From Malacoraja senta (lineage: Eukaryota): a stretch of DNA of 20,000 nucleotides. Shown here piece by piece: positions 1 to 10,161 of this stretch. A program made the translations under genes and the position numbers. The notes under the pieces were generated by a model. That model made no database searches, was not told where the DNA came from, and saw only the letters and a list, made by a program, of their open reading frames with translations. The stretch spans positions 55,438 through 75,437 of the forward strand of contig JAXLNO010000696.1 of assembly GCA_038087875.1 (NCBI GenBank), written 5' to 3'. The number at the start of each line of letters is the position of its first letter. Position 1 is the stretch's first letter.

Positions 1-510
1 GGACCCAAGTCAACAAGGGGAGGTTCACGACAGCCATTGGGGCCAAACAATATCACCTCTGTCTTCTTTTCATTAAATCCTAGAAAGTTTAGGGCCATCC
101 AGGACTTAATGTTCTCAAGACATGACAGAAGTGATTTGACAGAAAAGGCGTCTTCCTTCCTCAGCGGTATATATAGTTGGCTATCATCAACATAACAGTG
201 AAAGGAGATGCCATGCTTCCTAAGAATGGAACCCAGAGGAAGTAAGTATAGTGAGAAAAGCAGGGGCCCTAAAATTGAGCCCTATGGAACCCCATATGAC
301 AGAGAAGCGGAGGAGGATTCAAAGCCAGCAAGGCTTACACACATGGTTCTGTCTGCCAGATAGGACCTGAACCATCCCAGGGCACTGCCACAGATGCCCA
401 CTAGGTGCTGTAACCGAGATATTAAGATACCATGGTCCACTGTATCAAAGGCGGCAGATAGGTCCAGCAAGACAAGAACCACATAATTACCAGAGTCATT
501 TGCCAGGAGG
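1..510 (-). mobile_element. L2-clade LINE reverse-transcriptase fragment (5'-truncated, runs off the window start)
   Basis: Minus-strand translation LVLLDLSAAFDTVDH...WFRSYLADR...YGVP, followed by an ILGPLLF / HCYVDD-like segment. These are L2-type RT motifs; a stop follows GVP. Confidence 0.85.
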
Positions 511-564
511 ATCTTCCCTGCTCACACCTCCTCGTGATCAGTGAACACCAAAGCAGCAGCTATA

Positions 565-1165
565 CTAGAAACATAGAAAATAGGTGCCGGAGTAGGTCAT
601 TCGGCACTTCGAGCCTGCACCGCCATTCAACATGATCATTGGCTGATCATCCAAAATCATTACCCCGTTCCTGCTTTCTCGCAATATCCATTGATTCCGT
701 TAGCACAAAGAGCTAAATCCAACTCTCTCTTGAAAACATCCAGTGAATTGGCCTCAACTGCCTTCTGTGGCAGAGATTTCCACAGAATCACAACTCTCTA
801 GGTGCAAACGTTTTTTCCTCATCTCAGTCCTAAATGGCCTACCCCTTATCTTAAACTGTGACCCCTGTTTCTGGACTCCCCCAACATCGGGAGCAAATTT
901 CCTCCATCCAGCCTGTCCAATCCCTTAAAAGACTTATAAGTTTCTATAAGATTCCCTCTCATTCTTCTAAATTCCAGTGAATATAAGCCCAGTCGATCCA
1001 TTCTTTCATATGTCAGTCCCGCCATCCTGGGTCTGAAGAAGGGTTTCTGCCCAAAACGTTGCCTATTTACTTCGCTCCATAGATGCTGCCCCACCCGCTG
1101 AGTTTCTCAAGCACTTTTGTCTATCCTGGGAATTAACTTGGTGAACCTACGCTGCACTCCCTCAA
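565..1165 (-). mobile_element. CR1-clade LINE 3' fragment with tail, interrupted by a short Penelope-derived insert
   Basis: Translation GLTYERMDRLGLYSLEFRRMRGNLIETYK...GESRNRGHSL (CR1 ORF2 C-terminus). Its 3'UTR/tail (tagaaacatagaaaataggtg on +) matches the CR1 ends at ~8000 and ~16470. Confidence 0.9.
1032..1122 (+). mobile_element. Short Penelope-like (pLTR-derived) insertion with hammerhead-like core and 8-bp target site duplication
   Basis: CTGAAGAAGGGTTTCTGCCCAAAACGTT...AGATGCTGCC..CCCGCTGAGTTTCTC is homologous to the 3' ends of the GIY-YIG Penelope copies at 10162/10851. It is flanked by ATCCTGGG at 1024-1031 and 1123-1130. Confidence 0.8.
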
Positions 1166-1257
1166 TTTAGCAATACTGCTAAACGAAGGAGCGTTTCGAA
1201 GGTGGGAGGAAATGAGGAGGTGGAAAAGGGAAATACTTAGGGTGCAATTCCTCTCTC

Positions 1258-1495
1258 GGGCGACACAGTGGCACAGCAGGTAGAGTTGCTGTCTCACAAT
1301 GCCACAGACCCGGGTTCCACCCTGACTGTGGGCACTGACTGATAAAAGATGCATTTGATGCAGTTGGTTGCACAACACCAGACACATGGGTTTGATCCCG
1401 ACTATGGGGGCTGTCTGTGCGGAGTTTGCACGTTCTCCCAGTGACCGCATGAGTTTTCTCCCGGTGCTCCGGTTTCCTCCCACATGTCAAAGAAC
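1258..1495 (+). mobile_element. tRNA-derived SINE (elasmobranch HE1-like family)
   Basis: A-box-like TGGCACAGCAGGT, B-box-like GGTTCCACCC and GGTTTGATCCC (B-box segment occurs twice), and body GGAGTTTGCACGTTCTCCC...CCGGTTTCCTCCCACAT shared with other copies in the window. Family name is from recall. Confidence 0.8.
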
Positions 1496-1526
1496 GTGAC
1501 AATAAAGAACCGTTGAACCATTGAAG

Positions 1527-3160
1527 AAGTCAAGTCAAGTCACAGTCAAGTCACATTTATATAGCACATTTAAAAAACAACTCTCGTTGGCCAAAGTGCT
1601 TTACATTTGTTATAAGAATAGCACAACAAAACAAACTACATACATATATACATGTAGCCCTCACTCAGAGGACGTCAGGAAAGGCTTGGGAGTATAGATA
1701 AGTCTTTAGTCTTGACTTAAAAGGGTCGATGGAGGGGGCAGTTCTGATGGGAAAGGGAATGCTGTTCCAAAGTCAAGGGGCTGCAACCGCAAAGGCGCGG
1801 TCGCCCCTGAGCTTGTGCCTAGACCGTGGGATATTCAGCAACCCCAAGTCGGCCGATCTGAGGGGCCTGGAGGTGGAGTGGTGGGTGAGAAGACTTTTTT
1901 ATGTAGGTGGGAGCAAGCCCATTGAGGGCTTTGTAGACATGGAGGAGGATCTTGAAGTTTATACGGAACCGCACAGGGAGCCAGTGGAGAGAGGCCAGGA
2001 TCGGGGTGATGTGGTCCCTTTTTCGGGTGCCCGTCAGGAGTCTCGCTGCGGCGTTTTGGACTAGTTGCAGGCGGGACAGGGAAGATTGGCTGATGCCAGT
2101 GTAAAGGGAGTTGCAGTAATCTAGGCGGGAGGAGATGAATGTGTGGATGATCTTTTCGAGGTCATCAAACTGGAGGAATTGTTTTATTTTAGCTATCGTC
2201 CAAAGCTGAAAGAAGCTAGCTTTTACCACGGCATTGACTTATTGGTCAAATTTCAGTGCTGAGTCAAATATCACGCCAAGGTTTTTGACGTGAGGTTTGA
2301 GTAGTGGGGTAAGGCTTCCAAGGCTGCCTGCTATCATTTTGATTGAGTCCGAGGGGCCGAGAAGGATGACCTCAGACTTACTCTCGTTTAATTGGAGGAA
2401 GTTCTGGGCCATCCAACACTTTATATCCTCGAGGCAGTGGGTAAGGTTAAACAGATTTGATTGGTTTTTGGGCTTCAGGGGGAGATAGAGTTATGTATCG
2501 TCTGGGTAGCAATGGAAGGAAATGCCGTGCCTTTCAATGACTTGGCCTAAGGGGAGCACATACAGGGAGAAGAGAATGGGGCCAAGGATGGAACCTTGTG
2601 GAACCCCACAGCAGAGATTAGCTGGGGAGGAGAATGAGTTGCCTATGTTAGTCGAGAAACTCCTACCTTTGAGGTAGGGGATGAACCAGCTCAGGGCAGT
2701 GCCATCAATACCAACCCCATAGGATGGTGTGGTCGACAGTATCACATGCTGCGCTGAGGTCAAGAAGGAGCAGAATTGCACAGTCGCCGGAGTCAACGGT
2801 GAGCAGTAGCTCATTGTGTACCTTCAACAAGGCAGACTCTGTGCTATGGTGAGCCCTGAAACCTGATTGGAAAGTTTCCAAGATAGTGTTTTGGTGAAGG
2901 TATTTATGTTGACTTAAAATTACCTTTTCAAGGTCTTTTGAGAGGAAAGGCAGTTTAGAAACGGGTCTGTAGTTGCTTGGCAAGGTGGGGTCGAGGTTAG
3001 GTTTTTTCAGGAGTGTTTGGACCACCGCATGCTTGAAGCAGGTAGGTACAGTGCCAGTGGCCAGAGAGCTGTTGAAGATGGCGAGGATGCTGGGACCAGC
3101 TGTTGTAATGACGTCCTTTAGAAGGGCCAACTTTATTAACAGCGGCGCAAGGCTGGTGTG
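1527..3160 (-). mobile_element. L2-clade LINE, 3' ~1.6 kb of ORF2 plus (TTGAC)n-like tail, frameshifted
   Basis: ORF pieces NYRPVSKLPFLSK, QSGFRAHHSTESALLKV, LLDLSAACDTVDH, GVPQGSILGPILF, HCYPDDT, SRLDYCNSL, HITPILASLHWLPV. Tail gtcaagtcaagtcac at ~1529-1552. Confidence 0.92.
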
Positions 3161-3164
3161 CAAG

Positions 3165-3443
3165 TTTTAGATTTTAGATTGAGAGATACGATGGGGAAAC
3201 AAGCCCTTCAGCGATCAGTGATCCCTGCACACTCGGGAATATTTTACAACTTACCAAAGCCAAATAACCTACAACCCTTTACATCTTTGGAGCGTGGGAG
3301 GCAACCGGAGCACCCGGTTAAAACCCACGCGGTCACAGGGAGAACGTACAAACTCCGTACAGACAACACCCGTAGTCTGGATCGAATCCGGGTCTCTGGC
3401 GCTGTAAGGCAGCAACACTACGACTGCACAACCGTGCTGCCCC
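3165..3443 (-). mobile_element. tRNA-derived SINE (same family)
   Basis: Reverse complement of the SINE head and body (ctgtaaggcagcaac, gggagaacgtacaaactccgtacagaca), with a ttttaga-repeat tail at ~3165-3180. Confidence 0.8.
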
Positions 3444-3805
3444 TTGAATGCCCTGGAGCTGATACTGTTCACCTTAGTGTGGACCAAGACAACTACTTAG
3501 ACTGCACCGTTGACGCGTAATGATGCACTAGAATTTTATGAGTGATTTATTCATTACTTTAATGCACAAACTCTGATATTACAGTATGTTAAACAATATC
3601 GATCATGAAACATGCCCCAATGTTCATAAAGCTACAAACAAAAATTGCAAATGTTGAAACGCTTAATTGTCGGCATTATATCCTAGAAACTAAATCAGAT
3701 TGCACATCATCGATGGTGCTTCTCACACAAAAATCAGTTCTAACTCCCTCTTTTATAGTTTTGCACTCTGTATCTCCACTTTAGTCTATTTATGTATAGT
3801 ATTAT

Positions 3806-4085
3806 AGTCATGCAGTCATACGGTGGGTAAACAGGCCTATCGGCCCAACTTACCCATGCCGAACAACACACCCCATCTAAACTAGCCCCACCTACCTGCG
3901 TTTGGCCCACATCCCTCTAAACATACCCTACCCATGTACCCGTCTAAATTTTTCTTCAACGTTGTGATAGTACCTGCCTCAACTACTTCCTCCAGCAGCT
4001 CGTTCCATACACCCACCACACTTGGTGTAAGAAAGTTAACCCCTCAGGTTCTCATTAACTCTCCCCCCCACCTCACCTTAAGCCT
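3806..4085 (-). mobile_element. Degraded CR1 3' end
   Basis: Similar to the CR1 3' region at 4993-5270 (aacaggcc..cggcccaactt, ccatgtacc..tctaaa, cacccaccac..tgtgtaagaaagtt). Confidence 0.7.
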
Positions 4086-4087
4086 CT

Positions 4088-4352
4088 GATATGTTTAGAT
4101 AGCATGCAACACAAAGCTCTGCATTGTACCCCAGTATACGTGACAATAATGAACATAAACCTTAATCCTAAACCTTTATCAGTACACGTGACCATGAACT
4201 AAACTGAACTAATCTCCCCTTTGCTCTATCGTACTTGAGTTTAACGTCTGTACTTATGTACAGTATTCTCTGATCTGTTTGGATAGCAAGCAAAACAAAG
4301 CTTTTCATTGTACCTTAGAGCACGTGACAACAATAAACTTAATCCTAATCCT
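4088..4352 (+). repeat. Two or three stacked copies of a LINE 3'-tail segment
   Basis: gatatgtttagatagcatgcaacacaaagct...cgtgacaataa...cttaatcctaa (~4088-4175) recurs as gatctgtttggatagcaagcaaaacaaagct...cgtgacaacaataaacttaatcctaa (~4272-4350). Confidence 0.55.
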
Positions 4353-4743
4353 TTTACCCCAGAATTTAGTGGACAAACAATTAACGTCCAGGTGAATGTG
4401 TGACCATTGAGTAACGGGCTGGGAAATCACTGCCGGTGCCTCTATTCTGACCATCGCATCGGACGCATGTGAAATGCCGTCACATCCTCCACAACGCAGC
4501 TCTGATCCACCTCTGGTTGAATGTGAAGGTTTGTTGAGAGATGGGATCACTGTAGATCAGTCAGAGAAACGGGCACCAAACCTGCAGAAGATCATCAACA
4601 AAATGTCAATTCAAGTGTCTCCATTAAGGCACCGCACACATGCTTGGTCAGACTCTGTAATAATCATGGCATCCAACGCCACAACACCCTGAAAGCGGCC
4701 GCACAAGTAGATCGAGTGGTGAAGAAGACGTACAGTAAGCTGA

Positions 4744-4946
4744 GGTAGGAAAGTGCAGATGCTGGTTTACACCGAGGATAGACACAAAAAGCTGGGGTGA
4801 CTCAGCGGATCAGGCAGCATCTCTGGAGAGAAGGAATAGGTGACGTTTCAGGTCTGAAGCAGGGTCTTTACCTGCAATGTCACCTATTCCTTTTCTCCAG
4901 AGATGCTGCCTGACCCGCTGAGTTACTCCAACTATTTGTGTCTGTC
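4744..4946. mobile_element. Palindromic Penelope-derived element (inverted pLTR pair) inserted into a CR1 fragment
   Basis: The arm at 4777-4850 is the near reverse complement of the arm at ~4876-4946, around a degenerate CTGAAGC..GGGTC..GCAATGTC core. CR1 coding sequence resumes on both sides (gtggtgaagaagacgtac | tatgcttgccttcat). Confidence 0.75.
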
Positions 4947-4992
4947 ACTGTATACTATGCTTGCCTTCATAGGTCCAAGCATTGAGTATAAG

Positions 4993-5905
4993 TCATAGAG
5001 TCATAGAGTGATACAGTGTGGGAACAGGCCCTTCAGCCCAACTTGCCCATACCGGCCAACAATGTCCCAGCTACACTAGTCCCACTTGCCTGCGCTTGGT
5101 CCATATCCCTCCAAACCTGTCCCTTCCATGTACCTGTTTAACTGTTTCGTAAACGATGGGAAAGTCCCAGCCTCAATTACCTCCTCTGGCAGCTTTTTCC
5201 AGACACCCACCACCCTTTGTGTGAAAAAGTTACCCCTCAGATTCTTATTAAATCTTTTCCCCTTCTCCTTAAATATATGTCCTCTGCTCCTCGATTCCCG
5301 TACTCTGGGCAAGAGACTCTGTGCATCTACCCGATCTATTCCTCGCATGATTTTGTACATCTCTTAGATCACCCCTCATCCTCCTGCGCTCCATGGAGTA
5401 GAGACCCACCCTACTCAACCTCTCCCGATAGCTCACACCCTCTAGTCCTGGCAACATCCTCGTAAATCTTTTCTGAACCCTTTCAAGCTTGACAATATCT
5501 TTCCTGTAACTTGGTGCCCAGAACTGAGCACAATATTCTAAATGCGGTCTCACCAACGTCTTATACAACTGCAACATGACCTCCCAACTCCTATACTCAA
5601 TACTCTGACTAATGAAGGCCAAAGTGTCAAAAGCCTTTTTGACCACCTTATCTACCTGTGACTCATCCTTCTAGAAACCATGCACCTGCACTGCTAGATC
5701 CCTCTGCTCTACATCACTACCGAGAGACCTACCATTTACTGTGTAGGTCCTGCCCTTGTTCGACGTCCCAAAATGCAACACCTCACACTTCCACTGGTTG
5801 TATTAAACTCCATTCCTCTGCACGCCTGGCCAATCGATCCAGATCCTGCTGCAATCTTTCACAACCATCTTCACTATCTGCAAAACCACTAACTTTTGTA
5901 TCATT
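4993..5905 (-). mobile_element. CR1-clade LINE 3' fragment (FAD motif region to tail)
   Basis: Translations DTKVSGFADSEDGCERLQQDLDRL, LYKTLVRPHLEYCAQFWAP and NFFTQRVVGVWKKLPEEV. Tail tcatagagtcatagagtg. Confidence 0.92.
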
Positions 5906-6025
5906 CAGGGAGTCATGATGCAGCTTTATCGGACTTTGGTTATTTACAGTAAGTGGCTGAGTGGGGAAGAGGGACGTTGCCAAGTCTCAGAATTTCCGCT
6001 CACTCCGGGTGTTGTCGCCGCTTCA

Positions 6026-6647
6026 CTGACACACACCCTTACACACACCCTGGCGCACACACCCTCACATACTCTCTCACACACCCTCACACATACAGAC
6101 ACACACACTCACACACACACCATCACACACATCCTCACACACATCCTCACACATACACCCTCACACATACACACTCACACTCTCTCACACTCTCTCACAC
6201 GCACACACACCATCACACATACACTCACACACACTGACACACCCACACACACACGCTCACACACACACTTACACACACTCTTACACACACTCTCACACAC
6301 TGATGCACACTCTCATACATACTGACACACACTATCACACCCTCACACACACCTTCACAAAACCTGATACACACACACACACACTGACATCCACCCTCAC
6401 ACACTCACACACACTGACACACCCTCACACACACCCTCACACACACCCTCACACACACACTGACACACTCTCTCACACACTCTCACACACACTCTCACAA
6501 ACACTCACTCACACCCTCACACACACTGATGCACACACTCTCACATACACTCTCACACACACTGACACACACTCACACACACTCACTCACACCCTCACAC
6601 ACACCCTCACACACACCCTCACACTCACACATCTTCACACACACCCT
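6026..6647. repeat. ~620-bp degenerate (CA)/(CT)-rich low-complexity tract
   Basis: Imperfect repeats of acacaccctc, acacactgac and acacactctc. The His/Thr/Leu-rich ORFs over it are artefacts. Confidence 0.95.
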
Positions 6648-6922
6648 CGCTTCAATAAAAATGAGATGCTAACTTCATCTAAAGTTGGGATGAAGGGCCT
6701 GTTTCCATGCTGTAAGACTATGACACATTGTAGAAAGGGTGCAATTCCTCTGGAGAGGATCCAGCGGTGATTTATGAAGATGTTGACAGGGGTGGAATTT
6801 TTTTTTCACTTTGAAGAAAGATTTGATAACTGGGATTGTATTCTCTGCAGCAACAGAGGTGAAGAAAAGACTTAGTTGTGATGAATAATATTATGAAAAT
6901 ATGACCTGTTTTGCTTAACAAA

Positions 6923-7048
6923 GTGCGTAGGAAGGAACTGCAGATGCTGGTTTAAACTGAAATAGCTGGAATAACTCAGCGGGACAGGCAGCATCTCTGG
7001 AGAGAAAGAATGGGTGATGTTTCGGGTCGAGACCTTCAGACTGAAGAG
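6923..7048 (-). mobile_element. Penelope-derived short element with partly deleted hammerhead-like core
   Basis: gtaggaaggaactgcagatgctggttta...aactcagcgggacaggcagcatctctggag...gatgtttcgggtcgagaccttcag; same family as 4744-4946. Confidence 0.75.
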
Positions 7049-7192
7049 GTTGAAAACCAGCCATATACAGTGGATGTAAAACACAATGACTGGAGATGTG
7101 TGTTATCCAACTAAGGGCAGAAATCAGAATCATGTGTTCATCTTTATTGACGTGACACCATAATAAATATATTACAGAAAAAGTAATTTAAT

Positions 7193-7468
7193 GGGGTGGC
7201 ATGGTGGCGCAGCGGTAGAATTGCTGCCTTACAGCACCACGGACCCAGGTTTGATCCTGACTACGGGTGCTGTCTGTACAGAATTTGTACATTCTCCCTA
7301 TGACCGCATGGGTTTTCTCTAGATATTCCGGTTTCTCCCACATCTGGAAAATTGCAAGCTTGTAGGTTAATTGGCTTCTGTAAATTGTCCCTGGCATGTA
7401 GGATAGAACTGGTGTATGGTTGAATGCTGGTCAGTATGGACATGGTGGGCCAAAGGGCCTGTTTCCAT
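7193..7468 (+). mobile_element. tRNA-derived SINE, near full length, with CR1-like 3' tail
   Basis: A box TGGCGCAGCGGT, B box GGTTTGATCC, conserved body, and 3' end ggtgggccaaagggcctgtttcc resembling the CR1 3' end at ~19830. Confidence 0.85.
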
Positions 7469-7996
7469 ATATATGTTTTACGTATATATCAGAATTTAAT
7501 TGAACCATATACTTGGTTGAATATGTGACGTTATTTTCGTCTTGTTTCTATAGTCAAAGGATTCATTTATTTGTGCAGAACAGTGATGGAAGTCTGACTC
7601 CTCTTGCCTAGTTTCTGTTTTTATTTTCTATATGTATATATATATATATATATATGCATAACAGCATGAATTATAGTCTGATTTCCATACATGAATATAC
7701 TAAGGTCATTCATGTGCTGCACCTGTTGATCAGAGCCTGGCTCTACTGTGGAATGTAATTAGGAACATTATTTAGCTTAACCTTATTCATACCTAATCCA
7801 ATTTAAAACATAAATGTTGCATTCAAGTGCAAGTTAAATGTTGCATTCAAATGTAAGGTGTCCTCCCCCCCTTGGTTGCTGCACTCCCTCGGGCTTGATC
7901 ATTGCACTCTCTTGCAATTCTAACTCTCAACTATCACCCAATGTTGGCAGCACTGCATTATTATCATTATTATTATTATTAATCCTAATCGTAACT

Positions 7997-8640
7997 CTTA
8001 CATAGATACATAGATACATAGAAAATAGGTGCAGGAGTAGGCCATTCGGCCCTTCGAGCCTGCACCGCCATTCAATATGATCATGGCTGATCATCCAACT
8101 CAGTATCCCGTACCTGCCTTCTCTCCATACCCCCTGATCCCTTTAGCCACAAGGGCCACATCTAACTCCCTCTTAAATATAGCCGATGAACTGGCCTCAA
8201 CTACCCTCTGTGGCAGAGAGTTCCAGAGATTCACCACTCTCTGTGTGAAAAAGTTTTTCCTCATCTCGGTCTTAAAGGATTTCCCCCTTATCCTTAAGCT
8301 GTGACCCCTTGTCCTGGACTTCCCCAACATCGGGAACAATCTTCCTGCATCTAGCCTGTCCAACCCCATAAGAATTTTGTATGTTTCTATAAGATCCCCT
8401 CTCAATCTCCTAAATTCTAGCGAGTATAAGCCAAGTCTATCCAGTCTTTCTTCATATGAAAGTCCTGACATCCCAGGAATCAGTCTGGTGAACCTTCTTT
8501 GCACTCCCTCCATGGCTATAATGTCCTTCCTCAGATTTGGAGACCAAAACTGTACGCAATACTCCAGGTGTGGTCTCACCAAGACCCTGCACAACTGCAG
8601 TAGAACCTCCCTGCTCCTATACTCAAATCCTCTTGCTATG
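7997..8640 (-). mobile_element. CR1-clade LINE 3' fragment, well preserved
   Basis: 164-aa open frame LVRPHLEYCVQFWSP...LGLYSLEFRRLRGDLIETYKI...FFTQRVVNLWNSLP...GYGEKAGTGY. Tail (catagata)n at ~8000-8020. Confidence 0.93.
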
Positions 8641-8737
8641 AGACGTGGTTATAATTTGCATGTGTAAGGATTGCAAATTGAAGTTTGCCCGCACTTGTCA
8701 GTAAATCTAACATCACTGGTTTGGAATTTGAACCAAG

Positions 8738-8825
8738 GTTTTTCAGTTTCACAACTTGGCTGCATGGAGAAAAGGTAAGACCTGATTGTTTCAGTTTCCA
8801 CTTTCAGTTCCATTTCCACTTTCAG
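8738..8825 (+). promoter_or_regulatory. Cluster of ISRE/IRF-E elements in the IFIT promoter
   Basis: TTTCAGTTTC at 8741-8750 and GTTTCAGTTTCC at 8788-8799 (= GAAAnnGAAA on the - strand), then further TTTC cores (ACTTTCAGTTCC, ATTTCCACTTTC) to 8825, 36-120 bp upstream of the TATA box. Confidence 0.85.
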
Positions 8826-8860
8826 GGATGAACCATCTGGACTCAGCCCACCCAGTGGAC

Positions 8861-8867
8861 TATAAAA
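8861..8867 (+). promoter_or_regulatory. TATA box (TATAAAA); predicted TSS near 8890
   Basis: Canonical TATAAAA between the ISRE cluster and the ATG/donor at 8930-8940. Confidence 0.8.
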
Positions 8868-8895
8868 ACACCGCAACTGTCTCTGGTCCAGCCAG

Positions 8896-8904
8896 TTCTC
8901 GGAA
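8896..8904 (+). promoter_or_regulatory. GAS-type STAT site TTCTCGGAA
   Basis: Exact TTCN3GAA match near the predicted TSS/5'UTR. Confidence 0.5.
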
Positions 8905-8929
8905 GGAAGACGGAATCCTGAACAGCAGC

Positions 8930-8934
8930 ATGAG
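8930..8934 (+). CDS. IFIT: IFIT exon 1 coding part (ATG AG), phase-2 donor GTAAGG at 8935
   Basis: cagcagcATGAG|gtaagg. Joined to the acceptor at 17131 it gives ATG AG|C GAC ACA CTG = M-S-D-T-L, in frame with the TPR ORF. This matches the known two-exon IFIT architecture with an ATG-only first exon. Confidence 0.88.
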
Positions 8935-9025
8935 GTAAGGGACATCTTCACTTTGCACAGTGATATCGGAGATCAGGACCTTCTCAGGCACTGACGTCGA
9001 CATTAGGTGGATGAGTAGAGAAGCT

Positions 9026-9322
9026 TAGTTTTCAGTCTTTAGAGATACAGCGCGGAAACAGCACCTCCGACTCACCGAGTCCGCCCCGAGCAGCGATCCC
9101 CGCACAAAAACACTATCCTGCACACAGTGGGGACAATTTACATTGATACCAAGCCAATTAACCTACAAACCTGCACATCTTTGGGGTGTGGGAGGAAACC
9201 GAAGATCTCGGAGGAAACCCACGCAGGTCACGGGGAGAACTTACAGACAAGCACCCGTAGTCAGGATCGAACCCGGGTCTCTGGTGCTGAAAGGCAATAG
9301 CTCTACCGCTGCGCCACCCCGC
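9026..9322 (-). mobile_element. tRNA-derived SINE (intronic)
   Basis: Reverse complement of the head (ctctaccgctgcgccac; caggatcgaacccgggtc) plus body and tail. Confidence 0.82.
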
Positions 9323-9329
9323 CACCAGT

Positions 9330-9645
9330 TTGGAGTTCAGAGGTCATGTTGCACTTATATAAGACATTGGTCGGGCCACATTTAGAGTATCCTGTTCAAT
9401 TTTGGGCTCCGTGTTATAGGAAAGATGTTACCAAGCTGGAAAGGGTGCAGAGAAAGTTTGCAAGGACTCGAGCGTCTGAACTATAGAGAGAGGTTGATCA
9501 GGCTGGGACTTTATTCCTTGGAGTGCAGGAGGATGTGAGGTGATCTTATAGAGGTGTTTAAAATCATGAGAGGAATCGATCCGGTAAACACAGCAAGGGT
9601 AGCGGAATCGAGAACCAGAGGACATTTGTTTAAGGTGAGGGGGGA
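9330..9645 (+). mobile_element. Degraded CR1 ORF2 3' fragment
   Basis: gaggtcatgttgcac..tataagacattggtcgggccacatttagagtat...; FKIMRGID...ESRTRGHLFKVRGE. Confidence 0.8.
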
Positions 9646-9664
9646 GAGAACAGGTCTAATTAAA

Positions 9665-9785
9665 AAAACCATGCGATCAAAGGGAGAAGGAGCAAACTCC
9701 ATGCAGACAGCAACCATATTCAGGATCAATTCCGGGTCTTTGGCAATTTTAGGCAGCAACTTCACGGCCAATGTACTGCCCCATA
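9665..9785 (-). mobile_element. Degraded SINE fragment
   Basis: gggagaagga.caaactccatgcagacagca...caggatcaattccgggtc..aggcagcaact matches the SINE head in reverse. Confidence 0.6.
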
Positions 9786-9931
9786 GTCTTGAACTGAATT
9801 AAAACATACAGTAGCTGTAAAGAGGGACATAGGATCACTTAGAGATTTAAGACTGAAAATGGACAGTTTCTTTTTTTTTTAGTAACCAAAGTTATCAACG
9901 TATAATTTTTTGTATGTTAGTTAATAAAATA

Positions 9932-10160
9932 TAGTGGCACAGCTGGTGGACTTGCTGCCTCACACGCCAGGGATCTGTGTTCGATCCTGTCCTCGGGCAC
10001 TGTCTGTGTTGAATTTGCACATTCTCCCTGCAAGCATGTAGTTTTCCTCCCACATCCCAAAGATGTATTGGCTTTGGAGGTTAACTTGTCTCTGTAAAAT
10101 TGCACCTAATGTGTAGGGAGTGGGTGATGAAAGTGGGATAACAGAACTTGTGTGAATGGG
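9932..10160 (+). mobile_element. tRNA-derived SINE
   Basis: A box TGGCACAGCTGGT, B box GTTCGATCC, body gaatttgcacattctccc..ttcctcccacatcccaaaga. Confidence 0.8.
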
Positions 10161-10161
10161 G

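Noticed and set aside
5915..6770. His/Thr-rich ORFs of 94-155 aa
   Set aside because: Translation of a CA-rich low-complexity tract.
7193..7270. tRNA gene (A and B boxes)
   Set aside because: Head of a multi-copy SINE; no intact cloverleaf or terminator seen.
7811..7858. 24-bp tandem duplication (taaatgttgcattcaa...) and nearby (TA)n/(ATT)n microsatellites
   Set aside because: Ordinary slippage products with no functional signal.
8649..8951. 100-aa minus-strand ORF over the promoter
   Set aside because: Non-ATG start and no recognisable domain; the region is better explained as the IFIT promoter/exon 1.
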